Below are positions 31,312 to 39,996 of a DNA stretch of 64,000 bases, in pieces. How positions within the stretch are numbered: the stretch's first letter is position 1; each line of letters starts with the position of its first letter. Under the pieces are notes generated by a model that did not search any database, was not told the DNA's origin, and saw only the letters and a list, made by a program, of their open reading frames with translations. Position numbers and translations under genes: made by a program. This DNA comes from Candidatus Sericytochromatia bacterium (GTDB lineage: Bacteria > Cyanobacteriota > Sericytochromatia > S15B-MN24 > UBA4093): positions 64,001 through 128,000 of the forward strand of contig JAKFBU010000027.1 in NCBI GenBank assembly GCA_036676985.1, given 5' to 3'.

Positions 31312-32535
31312 ATGAAGCAGCAGCATACGCTGAACAGGTCAGAAGCAGCCTCGAGCGCCGAGAGCGTGATCTTCTGGCGCTCGCCGGATGGCGAAAGCCT
31401 GGGCGACGGGCTGTTCCGGGGGGTCATGGAGAGCGCGCCGGACGCGATTCACGTCCATGACCGGGAGGGCCGGTTCGTGGATGTGAACGATACGGCATGC
31501 CGCTCGCTTGGCTATCGCCGAGATGAGCTCTTGACCATGTCCGTCTTCGACATCGAGGTGGGGCTTGCCTCCGAGCAGCTGCAGGCGGTTTGGGAGCGCG
31601 CCTGGCGGGGTGACCTGGTGACGGTGGAGGGCTGCGAACGCCGCAAGGACGGCACCATCTTGCGCGTCGAGGTCCGCATCAGCCGGCTCCGGCACGGCCG
31701 TCAGACCTACTTGACCGCGTTTATCCGTGACATCGGCGTCGGAAAGGGGGCGTTCGAAGAAGCGAGCGAGCTGGACGGCGCCGCCTGCCGAAGCGTCGAG
31801 CACGAGCCGGCCATGGAGCTGCATCGGCTCAAGGACCACTTCCTCTCCACCCTCTCGCACGAGCTGAAGACGCCGCTTTCCATGGTCAGCGGCTACCTCG
31901 AGCTCTTGGAAGACTTCGGCCCGACGGACGCGTATGTCGCCGGCATCAAGGACGGGACGCGCCGCTTGCGGGCGCATGTCGAACGCATGATCGATTACAG
32001 CGCCTTGGTCAGCGGATCCCTGCCGCTCTACCTGAGCGAGGTCTGTGCCGCGGAGATGGCGCAGAGCGTGGCGGCCGTCGCGGCAGAGGCCCTCACGAGC
32101 AAAGGCCTGGACCTGGTTCTGGAGATAGAACCGCACGTTCCGTACATCCTGGGCGATGCGCGACGCCTCTTCCAGTTGCAGCTAGAACTGCTGGAGAATG
32201 CGGGGAAGTTCACGGCGCCCGGCGGGAGGATTGGCCTGCGGGTCACCTCAAGCCACGACCGGGTGAGGATGGACGTCTGGGATACGGGGCCGGGCATCTG
32301 CGAGCAGGATCTCGGCCGAATCTGGCAAGCCTTTACCCAGCTGGAGACCGGGGATGCCCTTCGTAAGGGGGGGCTCGGGCTGGGCCTGTGCATCGTGAAG
32401 CGCCTGGTAGAGCTTCACGGTGGCTGGATCGAGGTCGTCAGCCGCGCAGGGGAGGGGGCCATGTTCTCGGTATACTTGCCCGCGGGAGACGCGGTGGTAT
32501 CTCTTGATGGCGGCATGCCCTCGACGGAGGCGTGA
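31312..32535 (+). CDS. Soluble PAS histidine kinase
   Basis: PAS (APDAI..GRFVDVN..LGY), SHELKTPL, NAGKF, GLGLGL. Confidence 0.92.
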   Translation: MKQQHTLNRSEAASSAESVIFWRSPDGESLGDGLFRGVMESAPDAIHVHDREGRFVDVNDTACRSLGYRRDELLTMSVFDIEVGLASEQLQAVWERAWRGDLVTVEGCERRKDGTILRVEVRISRLRHGRQTYLTAFIRDIGVGKGAFEEASELDGAACRSVEHEPAMELHRLKDHFLSTLSHELKTPLSMVSGYLELLEDFGPTDAYVAGIKDGTRRLRAHVERMIDYSALVSGSLPLYLSEVCAAEMAQSVAAVAAEALTSKGLDLVLEIEPHVPYILGDARRLFQLQLELLENAGKFTAPGGRIGLRVTSSHDRVRMDVWDTGPGICEQDLGRIWQAFTQLETGDALRKGGLGLGLCIVKRLVELHGGWIEVVSRAGEGAMFSVYLPAGDAVVSLDGGMPSTEA

Positions 32536-32682
32536 GCCCCCACATGGCGACGGCCCTTTCCGGAGCCAAAGGGCCATTACCACGATTTCAATAGCTCGGG
32601 AGGTCGTTACCGGAGACTTGGGGTTCGCACTGGTGCGGCCGCCTCGCGACCCGAGTTTTGGCTCGGGATACCCCGAAACCAA

Positions 32683-32726
32683 AACGTTGCCCCCCGAGAG
32701 CGGCAAGGCTCTCGGGGGGCAACGTT
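32683..32726 (-). terminator. 19-bp perfect hairpin followed by T-rich sequence on the minus strand
   Basis: AACGTTGCCCCCCGAGAGC-GGCAAG-GCTCTCGGGGGGCAACGTT. Confidence 0.7.
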
Positions 32727-32854
32727 CATTTTAGGCCAGTGGGCTTGGCTGGACGAGTTTAGAACCATTCTCTGCGGGCTGTGAGGCACGCGGATGAGGG
32801 CTTCTGCTAGTCGGGCGGAGCGCCGCAGCAGCGCGTGGCTTACGCGACTTGCAG

Positions 32855-32925
32855 GTGGTTTTTTCGCCAAAAAAAGGTGGTCTTACAACCACTTACTTGT
32901 GGTATGATAACCACCTAAAAGTGGT
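32855..32925 (+). promoter_or_regulatory. Extended -10 promoter embedded in an 11-bp-phased GTGGT/ACCAC operator array
   Basis: GTGGT at 32855, 32877, 32899, 32921; ACCAC at 32888, 32910; TGnTATGAT at 32900-32908; AAGGAGG RBS follows. Confidence 0.75.
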
Positions 32926-32939
32926 AAAAGGAGGGGGCC

Positions 32940-33275
32940 ATGATGTCCGATCCCCAGGGGCTTTTCGGCAGCCGTAGACGCACTGAGGTTCTCATCCTTC
33001 TTGGACTTCTCGAGGAATCCTACCCGAGCGAATTGGCTTCCCTGTTGAAGGCACCCCTTTACTCGGTGCAGCGCATCCTCACCGATCTGGAAAGCCAGGG
33101 GGTCGTTGCCTCGCGCCAGCGTGGACGCACGAGGCTCGTTACCTTGAATCCTCGATTCTACGCTGTCGATGAATTGCGGGCCTTATTAGCCCGGCTCGCT
33201 AGGGGCGAACCCGAGCTTGATGCACTGGCCGCCAGCCACCGAGTGCGCCCCGTTCAGCGCCGGAAGCTCGTATGA
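32940..33275 (+). CDS. Winged-helix DNA-binding protein (putative antitoxin/regulator)
   Basis: LFGSRRRTEVL, YPSELA, SVQRILTDLESQGVV..RGRTR wing; stop overlaps the next start (ATGA). Confidence 0.8.
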   Translation: MMSDPQGLFGSRRRTEVLILLGLLEESYPSELASLLKAPLYSVQRILTDLESQGVVASRQRGRTRLVTLNPRFYAVDELRALLARLARGEPELDALAASHRVRPVQRRKLV

Positions 33276-33823
33276 GCATCCAGGCAACTACTCCGCTTGC
33301 GGTGGTCGCTTCTGAGATTTGCACGGCACTCGAGCGCTCAGGGATCACAGCGGTCCTCACGGGCGGAAGCGCCGCCACGTACTACGCCCCCGAGGCCTAT
33401 CAGTCCTTGGACATCGACTTCGTTGCCGTGCGGTTCGGCAGCACGCGCAACCGGGAAGCCGTGGAGCGCCAACTGGGCGCCCTCGGATTCCACGTCGACC
33501 GAGACTGCTACCGGCACCCGGAGAGCCCGTTTCCGATCGAGTTTCCTCCAGGACCGCTCGCGGTAGGGCGCGAGTTCATCACCAGCTGGCGCACCGTGCA
33601 AACCGCCGGGGGAATCTTGCACGTCTTGCATCCCACCGATTCCGTTAAAGACCGCCTGGCAGCCTTCATTCATTGGAACGATCGGTCTGGGCTCAGCCAA
33701 GCTTTGGCTGTGGCCAAGGCTTTGCCCGGCGAGATCGACCTTGCGAGCATCGAGGCCTGGGCGGAAGGGGAAAACGGCCGGACCAAGTTCGACGAGTTCA
33801 GAGAACGATTCCTGGGTCGCTAG
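33272..33823 (+). CDS. Pol-beta-fold nucleotidyltransferase (AbiEii/MenT-like putative toxin)
   Basis: AVLTGGSA...SLDIDF (GG-x-A ... DxD) motif. Confidence 0.72.
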   Translation: MSIQATTPLAVVASEICTALERSGITAVLTGGSAATYYAPEAYQSLDIDFVAVRFGSTRNREAVERQLGALGFHVDRDCYRHPESPFPIEFPPGPLAVGREFITSWRTVQTAGGILHVLHPTDSVKDRLAAFIHWNDRSGLSQALAVAKALPGEIDLASIEAWAEGENGRTKFDEFRERFLGR

Positions 33824-33878
33824 AAGGCGATCGCCTGCCGCAAGGCGGAAAAGTCCACCCGCTGACCAGCAAAGGGAA

Positions 33879-33910
33879 AGCCCCCGGAACGAGGAATCGT
33901 TCCGGGGGCT
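33879..33910 (-). terminator. Terminator of tRNA-Val (possibly bidirectional)
   Basis: AGCCCCCGGAACGA-GGAA-TCGTTCCGGGGGCT, followed by a pyrimidine tract on the minus strand. Confidence 0.8.
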
Positions 33911-33912
33911 AG

Positions 33913-33986
33913 TGGGCACAACTGGATTCGAACCAGTGACCTCGTCGATGTCAACGACGCGCTCTAACCAACTGAGCTATGCGCCC
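33913..33986 (-). tRNA. tRNA-Val(GAC)
   Basis: Cloverleaf GGGCGCA/TGTGCCC acceptor stem, GCTC/GAGC D stem, CGTCG-TT GAC AT-CGACG, GTTCGAAT T loop; CCA not encoded (followed by CTA). Confidence 0.97.
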
Positions 33987-34050
33987 GAACAGGAGCCTAG
34001 TTTAACCGGTGGTGATGCCTGTGTCAAGCTTGGGCAATCACTTTTCGCGG

Positions 34051-34452
34051 CTAGGCCAGGGGAAGGACCAGCAACCCGGCTGGCCACTCGCCTTCCAGGG
34101 CCTGCGGATTGCGGTTGGCGGGGCAGTTGCGGTTCACGCACACGCCGCACTGGTCCTCGTTCTGGTAGGTGGCGCCGCGGTAGCGCAGCGTGTAGCTCGT
34201 CTTGTCCGTGACGATGGGGTTCTTCTCGCGCGTCACCTCGCTCGCGGTGAGGCGCACGAAGTACATGTTGCAGTGCCGCTCGGCGCGGCCCTCCCGCACG
34301 TTGCCCGCTTCGGCGAGCGGATAGAGGCCCGACCAGCCGAAGGCGCCGTTCACGACCAGGACGTTCTCCAGCGTCTCGGGCTGGGCCTTGTCGGTCGGGA
34401 CCGTCTCGGCGCGGAGCAGGGGGTGGGCGTCGCGGGTGCTGTTCAAGGACAT
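34051..34452 (-). CDS. Hypothetical protein with a Cys/His cluster
   Basis: GGAGG RBS, GC3-rich frame, HC...CxxCx4C. Confidence 0.7.
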   Translation of the reverse strand: MSLNSTRDAHPLLRAETVPTDKAQPETLENVLVVNGAFGWSGLYPLAEAGNVREGRAERHCNMYFVRLTASEVTREKNPIVTDKTSYTLRYRGATYQNEDQCGVCVNRNCPANRNPQALEGEWPAGLLVLPLA

Positions 34453-34571
34453 GGGACCTCCACGGGGATTGACGGTCCATCTTACCACGCTGGTCGCCTG
34501 GTCCGGGGGGGGAGGCTGTGCTAGCATGGAGTGTTCACATTGTAACGTTTGCTGGAGAATCGCTTAATCCG

Positions 34572-36422
34572 ATGATCTCAACCATAGATGCCCTGTCCCG
34601 CCTGCACCGCTTCGAGGGCCAGAAGCGCGCCGAGACCTTCACCGGCTCCCTGTTGGGGATCGGTCTGCCCGAGCGCGATCGCGTCCTCGCCGCCGAGTTC
34701 GAGCGCTTCGACGCCGCGCTCGATCGCGCCAAGGAAGAAGCCGCGCGCACCGGCCAGAAGGTCGCGGTGGACGGCTCCCGCATCTCCTTGACCGAGGGCG
34801 GAGACACCTGGTGGGTGCTTCCGGACGGCACCATGGAGCGCGAGTACGATGCCTTCGAGGGCTTCGACCGCCTGGTCGCGGAGCTTGGCCATCCGCCCGA
34901 GCTGGATCCCGCCCGCGCCATCGATCCGGGCGTCCTGCTGCGCGCCGCCTACCACGCCTTCTGGTCCCCGACGGCCACCAACTGGCAGCCCACCCGCGTG
35001 GTCGAGCTCGAGGGCGCGGCCCGCAAACAGCTCCTGGAGCTCGTCGGCTGGCCGACCGAGACCGTGCTGCCCGCGCTCGTCCTCATGCGCCGCGATCACT
35101 ACGAGTCGCTCCTGGGCGACGTGCTCGAGCCCTACGGGCTCGCCGTCACGGCCCGCGAGGAGTCCATCGACGTGGGCATCTTCGCCGAGACGCTCGCCAT
35201 GTCGGCCCTGGGACACGGCCTGACCTTCCAGGAGCACGTCTTCTCGCCCGAACAGGTCGCGGGCGCCACGGAGCTCATGCTCGCGGAGCTGCGCGGCCGG
35301 CGCGATCGCCTCCAGGGGACGGAGGCCGAGATCGCGGGCGAGCGTGCCAAGATCGACATGCTCGTCGACTACCTCGAGCGCGGCAAGTACATCCCCGACA
35401 GCGTGATGCTGGTCGGCCACCCCAAGGCCGCCCCCAACGTCACCTTCGAGTCCTTCGAGGCGCTCATCGACGCCCACTCGACCCAGCGCGTGGCCTCGCC
35501 CACCCGCGAGTTCTCCAAAGCGGAGACGGAGCTGCTCTGGAAGCGCACGGTCGCGGCCCTGCCCCCGCACGAGCGCCAGACCGTGGAGTTCGTCTTCTTC
35601 CACTGGAACGAGCAGACGCCTCCTGCCATCGGCGGGGCCATGTTCGAAGCCCTCTACGGCTTGGGGGCCGATCCCGAGGCCAAGACCGGGGGTGAGGGCG
35701 GCCTGCTCACGGCCGTGAGCGTCCGCAACTACCTCGAGAACCTTGCCCGGACCGAGCCCGACTACGTCCGTGCCAACGTCGGCGAGGGCTGGGAGAGCAT
35801 GTCGGAGGCGGAGTTGCAGAAAGCCACCCGCGGGCTGGGCATCCGGGCGAAGGACATCGGTCGCTACCTGCGCGAGCGCATCCTGCGCGACGGCAAGTAC
35901 CAGGTCACCGACGGCGTCATCACGGACACCACCGGCAAGCCGCTGAGCATCCCGGTGCTCGTGCGCCTCAACAAGTCCCTGGCCTCGACCTTCGGCAACT
36001 TCTTCCTGAAGTTCCAGAACACGCATCCGCAGAACGGGGTGCTGATCGCCAACACCAAGGCGGGCGAGGCCCACTGGGTCTACCGCACCGTCGGCAAGGC
36101 CGCGGCCGTCTTGACCTACATGTCGCGGGCCATGGGCGCGTCGAGCATCATCAAGACGGGGCCCATCGACCTGGCGCGCGAGCCCATCCGCGGCATCCTG
36201 GTTGCGAACCTGGACGGCAAGCCCGAGGTGGCCGCCTTGCACGGCGGCCTGGAGGCCGGTGTCCTGCAGCCTGCCATGACCTTCCAGGTGGGTTATCCGC
36301 TCGCCGGGTCGGACGTCATCGACCAGGGCACGCCCGGCGAGCACACGGGCTACGAGGAGCGGCGCCGGGACAAGCGTCCGCCGCGCGAGCGCTTCGTGGA
36401 CCACTACCTGCCGGCGCTGTAA
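34572..36422 (+). CDS. Large hypothetical protein with divergent nitroreductase-like domain(s)
   Basis: RAAYHAFWSPTATNWQP matches the APSxxNxQPW FMN motif; IDVGIFAETLAMSALGHGL; a second AxAxGxSS...VGYP-like segment. Confidence 0.7.
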   Translation: MISTIDALSRLHRFEGQKRAETFTGSLLGIGLPERDRVLAAEFERFDAALDRAKEEAARTGQKVAVDGSRISLTEGGDTWWVLPDGTMEREYDAFEGFDRLVAELGHPPELDPARAIDPGVLLRAAYHAFWSPTATNWQPTRVVELEGAARKQLLELVGWPTETVLPALVLMRRDHYESLLGDVLEPYGLAVTAREESIDVGIFAETLAMSALGHGLTFQEHVFSPEQVAGATELMLAELRGRRDRLQGTEAEIAGERAKIDMLVDYLERGKYIPDSVMLVGHPKAAPNVTFESFEALIDAHSTQRVASPTREFSKAETELLWKRTVAALPPHERQTVEFVFFHWNEQTPPAIGGAMFEALYGLGADPEAKTGGEGGLLTAVSVRNYLENLARTEPDYVRANVGEGWESMSEAELQKATRGLGIRAKDIGRYLRERILRDGKYQVTDGVITDTTGKPLSIPVLVRLNKSLASTFGNFFLKFQNTHPQNGVLIANTKAGEAHWVYRTVGKAAAVLTYMSRAMGASSIIKTGPIDLAREPIRGILVANLDGKPEVAALHGGLEAGVLQPAMTFQVGYPLAGSDVIDQGTPGEHTGYEERRRDKRPPRERFVDHYLPAL

Positions 36423-36484
36423 GGAGTCCGTTCGCCCTTCGAGGGCCTCAGGGTGAGCGGAATTGTAGTGGGTCAATTAGGAAT

Positions 36485-36512
36485 CGGGCCGCCTTCCAAA
36501 GAAGGCGGCCCG
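36485..36512. terminator. Hairpin between convergent genes
   Basis: CGGGCCGCCTTC-CAAA-GAAGGCGGCCCG. Confidence 0.7.
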
Positions 36513-36519
36513 TGGCTTA

Positions 36520-36681
36520 CTATGGGGTTTCGCTGGGGACCTTGCCGGGGTCCGATTCCTCGATCCGAGCCCGCTCGCAGATCGCGCACTCGTAGATGAG
36601 TTTGATGCCTCCGTCCGGAAACGTCAGTCGCTTGGTCAGACGCATTGCCCCTCGGCAGTGCGGACATGAGAGCTGAGGCAT
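36520..36681 (-). CDS. 53-aa zinc-ribbon small protein (absent from the ORF track)
   Basis: AAAGGAG RBS; MPQLSCPHCRGAMRLTKRLTFPDGGIKLIYECAICERARIEESDPGKVPSETP*; hairpin right after the stop. Confidence 0.78.
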   Translation of the reverse strand: MPQLSCPHCRGAMRLTKRLTFPDGGIKLIYECAICERARIEESDPGKVPSETP

Positions 36682-36861
36682 GCGCTTCTCCTTTGACGCT
36701 CATCCCGTTCCAGCCACATCCTAGCAAGGAGAGGGACGAGAAGATTCGTCAGAGGTGACAGCGCGCGTGTGAGATCTCGCACAGGGTCCGGCTATAGCAT
36801 CCAACAAGACCAGGCATGCGTGGCCTGTGGCCGCCCTTGGCGGCTGGAAGGAACAGTCTTG

Positions 36862-37161
36862 TTAGACGCTATTGACTTCCTCCAGGAGGCCGATCACCGT
36901 CTCGAGCTGGATGCTGACCTGCTGGCCCATGGCGACCAGGGCCTCGATCTGCTGCTCGATGAAGGGGATGAACTGGGGGTGCTCCGGCAGGAAGTGAAGC
37001 TCCTTGTCCTCCTCGAGCTCGTCGATCTCCCCGTTGATGGTCTCGAGCTTCTCGTAGAGGCGGTGCTTGACGCGCCGGAGCTTGTCCACCCCAAGCTTGT
37101 CACGCAGGGTCGAGTAATAGGTCGTCCAGTCGTTCACCTGGGTGGAAGTCGGGTGTGTCAT
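36862..37161 (-). CDS. Small acidic helical/coiled-coil hypothetical protein
   Basis: AAAGGAG RBS, typical codon bias, heptad pattern. Confidence 0.8.
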   Translation of the reverse strand: MTHPTSTQVNDWTTYYSTLRDKLGVDKLRRVKHRLYEKLETINGEIDELEEDKELHFLPEHPQFIPFIEQQIEALVAMGQQVSIQLETVIGLLEEVNSV

Positions 37162-37379
37162 CGGAGATCTCCTTTACTGGGGCGCGGTGAGGTGATGCTC
37201 TCGCTTGATTGTATCACTTTGCGAAGAAATGTGAACCGTCGGGACGTTCTTTCCGATCGGCTCGGCTTGAAACCGAGCAGGCATCAGCCTCATGTCCAAC
37301 CGCATGTAGCTGAAATGCAACAATGGTGCAAGATGCGGCGGGTTGAATGGAGCTGGCTACCAGCGGAAAGGATAGGGCC

Positions 37380-37736
37380 ATGACGAACTATCACCTGACG
37401 TGCACCTGGGAGGACTCCGACGGCGTCGTCATCATGCGGCCGATGGGCTTCCTGAATGACCAGACCGAGCGCGGCTTCGAGCAGATCATCACGGAGATCG
37501 GCGCCACGTGCCCGCGCATCGTCCTCGATGCCGCGGAGCTCGCGCACGTCTCGAGCATCGGGTTCGGAACCCTGCTCGCCATCACGGCCGAGCTGCGCCG
37601 GCGCGGCGGCGACGTGCGCCTCGCGGGCTTGAACGCCTCGCTGTCGCGCGCGCTGACGCTGGCCTTCGGCCCCTACTTCCAGCTCTTCACCTCCCCGGAC
37701 GAAGCCGTACGCTCGTTCGGCGCCGTCGCGGCCTGA
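37380..37736 (+). CDS. STAS-domain anti-anti-sigma factor
   Basis: IVLD..L.HVSSIG phosphorylatable Ser motif, RRRGGDVRL. Confidence 0.88.
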   Translation: MTNYHLTCTWEDSDGVVIMRPMGFLNDQTERGFEQIITEIGATCPRIVLDAAELAHVSSIGFGTLLAITAELRRRGGDVRLAGLNASLSRALTLAFGPYFQLFTSPDEAVRSFGAVAA

Positions 37737-37745
37737 GGAGGTGGC

Positions 37746-38195
37746 ATGATCTCGGTCTCATCAGGTCAAATCGACGCTCAGGCCGTCTTCACCAACCGCC
37801 TCCAGAACATCTACGGCATGCATCAGTTCGTGCGCCAGGCCGCCATCGAGGCGGGCTTCTCGAACGTCGCGCTCGGCGACATCGAGCTCGCGGTGGTCGA
37901 GGCCTGCGCCAACGTGGTCAAGCATGCCTATCGGCACGCCGCCGAGGACTCGGCGCCCATCGAGCTGCACGTGCGCTTCGACTTCGGGCAGCTGGAGATC
38001 ACCGTGACCGACTGGGGGCAGCCCTTCGAGCCGCCCAAGGTCAAGGTTCCCGCTCCCGACGTGGAGCGGATGGTCTCCGAGGACCGGCGCGGCGGGATGG
38101 GCATCTTCTTCATGCAGCAGATGATGGACGACGTGGCCTGGGACATCCGGCCCGGGATCTGCAACCGGCTGAGGATGGTCAAGAAGCTAGTCTAG
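37746..38195 (+). CDS. Anti-sigma factor Ser kinase (RsbW/SpoIIAB-like)
   Basis: IELAVVEACANVVKHAY, DWG, GGMGIFFMQQMMD. Confidence 0.93.
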   Translation: MISVSSGQIDAQAVFTNRLQNIYGMHQFVRQAAIEAGFSNVALGDIELAVVEACANVVKHAYRHAAEDSAPIELHVRFDFGQLEITVTDWGQPFEPPKVKVPAPDVERMVSEDRRGGMGIFFMQQMMDDVAWDIRPGICNRLRMVKKLV

Positions 38196-38265
38196 GCCTG
38201 GGGGCGCCGGCATCCCCGTCGGTGCCCATCCGTTCGTGGCCGGCGAGGCGGCCGGCGCTCCCAGC

Positions 38266-39186
38266 CTAGGACTGGACCGCTGCGGCCTCGAAGCGCGGCA
38301 GTCCCGCGCGGATGGCCTCGTACTCGGTCATCATGCGCTCGACGACTTCTCGGCAGCCGACGATGTCCGAGACGAGGCTCACGCCGTGACCGGCGCTCCA
38401 GACGTCCCGCCAAGCGGAGGGGCGCAACGGGGCGCCGGTCTGGTTCTCCTTGGACGCCCGGAAGGCCTCCAGGCTCGGCCGGAGGAAGTTGGCCGGATGG
38501 CCCGAGACCTCGGGGCTGTACTCGATGTCCTCGGCCGTGCTCTCCACGATCAGCTGCTTGTAGCCCTCGGGCGCCGGGGACTCGCTGGTGGCGATGAAGC
38601 GCGTGCCGACGTACGCCGCCCCGGCGCCAAGGGCGAGGGCTGCGGCGACCCCGCGGCCGTCCGAGATGCCTCCGGCGGCCACCACCGGGATCGAGAGGTG
38701 CTGCTGGAGGTGCGGGACCAGCACGAAGGGGCTGATGACACCCGCATGGCCGCCCGCCCCCGAGGCCACGGCGATCACCGCGTCCGCGCCCGCCTGCTGA
38801 CACTTGAGGGCGTGCTTGAGGTTGGTGACGTCGCAGAAGACCTTGAGTCCGTGTTCATGCGCCGCCTGGATGACGGGCGCGGGGTTGCCCAGGCTCGTGA
38901 TGATGAGCGGCACGCGCTCTTCCAGGCAGACGGCGAGATCCGCCTCCAGGCGCTCGTTGCCGAGCAGGATCAGGTTGACGCCGAACGGCGCGCTGGTGCG
39001 CGCCTTGATGGCCCGGACCGCCTCCCGGAACTGGTCGGTGGTGCGCAGGTTGAGGGCCGGGAAGGCGCCCAGGGCGCCTGCTTCGCCCATGGCGACCACC
39101 ATCTCGACGTTGGAGATGAGGAACATGGGCGCCCCGAGGATGGGGTACCGGATGCCCAGCATGCGGGTGATGGCGGTGTCGTGCAT
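38266..39186 (-). CDS. Nitronate monooxygenase / FabK-like flavoenzyme
   Basis: YPILGAPM, PFGVN, GAGGHAG, AAGGISDG, GTRFIAT. Confidence 0.92.
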   Translation of the reverse strand: MHDTAITRMLGIRYPILGAPMFLISNVEMVVAMGEAGALGAFPALNLRTTDQFREAVRAIKARTSAPFGVNLILLGNERLEADLAVCLEERVPLIITSLGNPAPVIQAAHEHGLKVFCDVTNLKHALKCQQAGADAVIAVASGAGGHAGVISPFVLVPHLQQHLSIPVVAAGGISDGRGVAAALALGAGAAYVGTRFIATSESPAPEGYKQLIVESTAEDIEYSPEVSGHPANFLRPSLEAFRASKENQTGAPLRPSAWRDVWSAGHGVSLVSDIVGCREVVERMMTEYEAIRAGLPRFEAAAVQS

Positions 39187-39307
39187 GGATGCCTCCTGAG
39201 CGAGTGCCACCTTGGGCGTGGCGTCGGGCTGCTGTATGATAGACCTAGGTATAATAGGATTCGCCGCGGTGCGGCGCCAGCCCCCCCTTTGCCCCTTTGG
39301 AACCCCG

Positions 39308-39958
39308 ATGGCCACCAAATCCAGCAAGAAGCCCTCGCAGCGCGAGATCAAAAAAGAGGAGTCCCGCCAGGCGATCGCCCGCGCGGCCGTCTGTCTCTTC
39401 GAGGCGAAGGGCTACGACGCCACGACCATGGACGAGATCGCCCATTCCGCAGGCGTGAGCCGGCCGACGGTCTTCAACTACTTCGCCCACAAGGAGGACA
39501 TCCTCCTGGTGTTGGGCGTCATGATGAGCGAGCGGATCGCCGCGCAGCTGAACGTCCAAGATCCCCTCGCGCGCGAGGTGGATCCCATCGCCGCCCTGCG
39601 CAAGGTGGTCCTCACCATGGGGCGGTCGTTCGCCGATTACCCCGAGACCTCCAAGGCCTTCCACGCCCTGCGGGTCCAGGCCATGCGCTCGCGCCCCCGT
39701 GGGGGCGGGCTTGCGGACCTGCCCGGCGACAACGAGTTCGTCCAGGTCACGCGCTTCATCATCGCCTTGATCGAGCGGGCCCAGGCCCAGAAGGCCTTTC
39801 GGACGGACTTTTCCCCCAACGAGCTCGCCGCGCACCTCATGATTGGGCTCATCGCCTCGGTCATGGGCATCTGGTCCTACTCTGGGGGCAAGCCGGAGGA
39901 CCTGCCGGGCCTCATCGAGCGGCACTTCGAGATCACCCTGAACGGCATCCGCGCCTGA
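39308..39958 (+). CDS. TetR/AcrR family regulator
   Basis: GYDATTMDEIA..AGVSRPTVFNYF.HKEDI; TATAAT upstream. Confidence 0.95.
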   Translation: MATKSSKKPSQREIKKEESRQAIARAAVCLFEAKGYDATTMDEIAHSAGVSRPTVFNYFAHKEDILLVLGVMMSERIAAQLNVQDPLAREVDPIAALRKVVLTMGRSFADYPETSKAFHALRVQAMRSRPRGGGLADLPGDNEFVQVTRFIIALIERAQAQKAFRTDFSPNELAAHLMIGLIASVMGIWSYSGGKPEDLPGLIERHFEITLNGIRA

Positions 39959-39996
39959 GGTCACTCAGGCGCGGATGCGTTTTAGGCGGGTTCTCC

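Noticed and set aside
32536-32850. Structured ncRNA in the hairpin-rich intergenic region
   Set aside because: No recognisable family; terminators and an att relic explain the hairpins, though an Infernal search would be needed to exclude it
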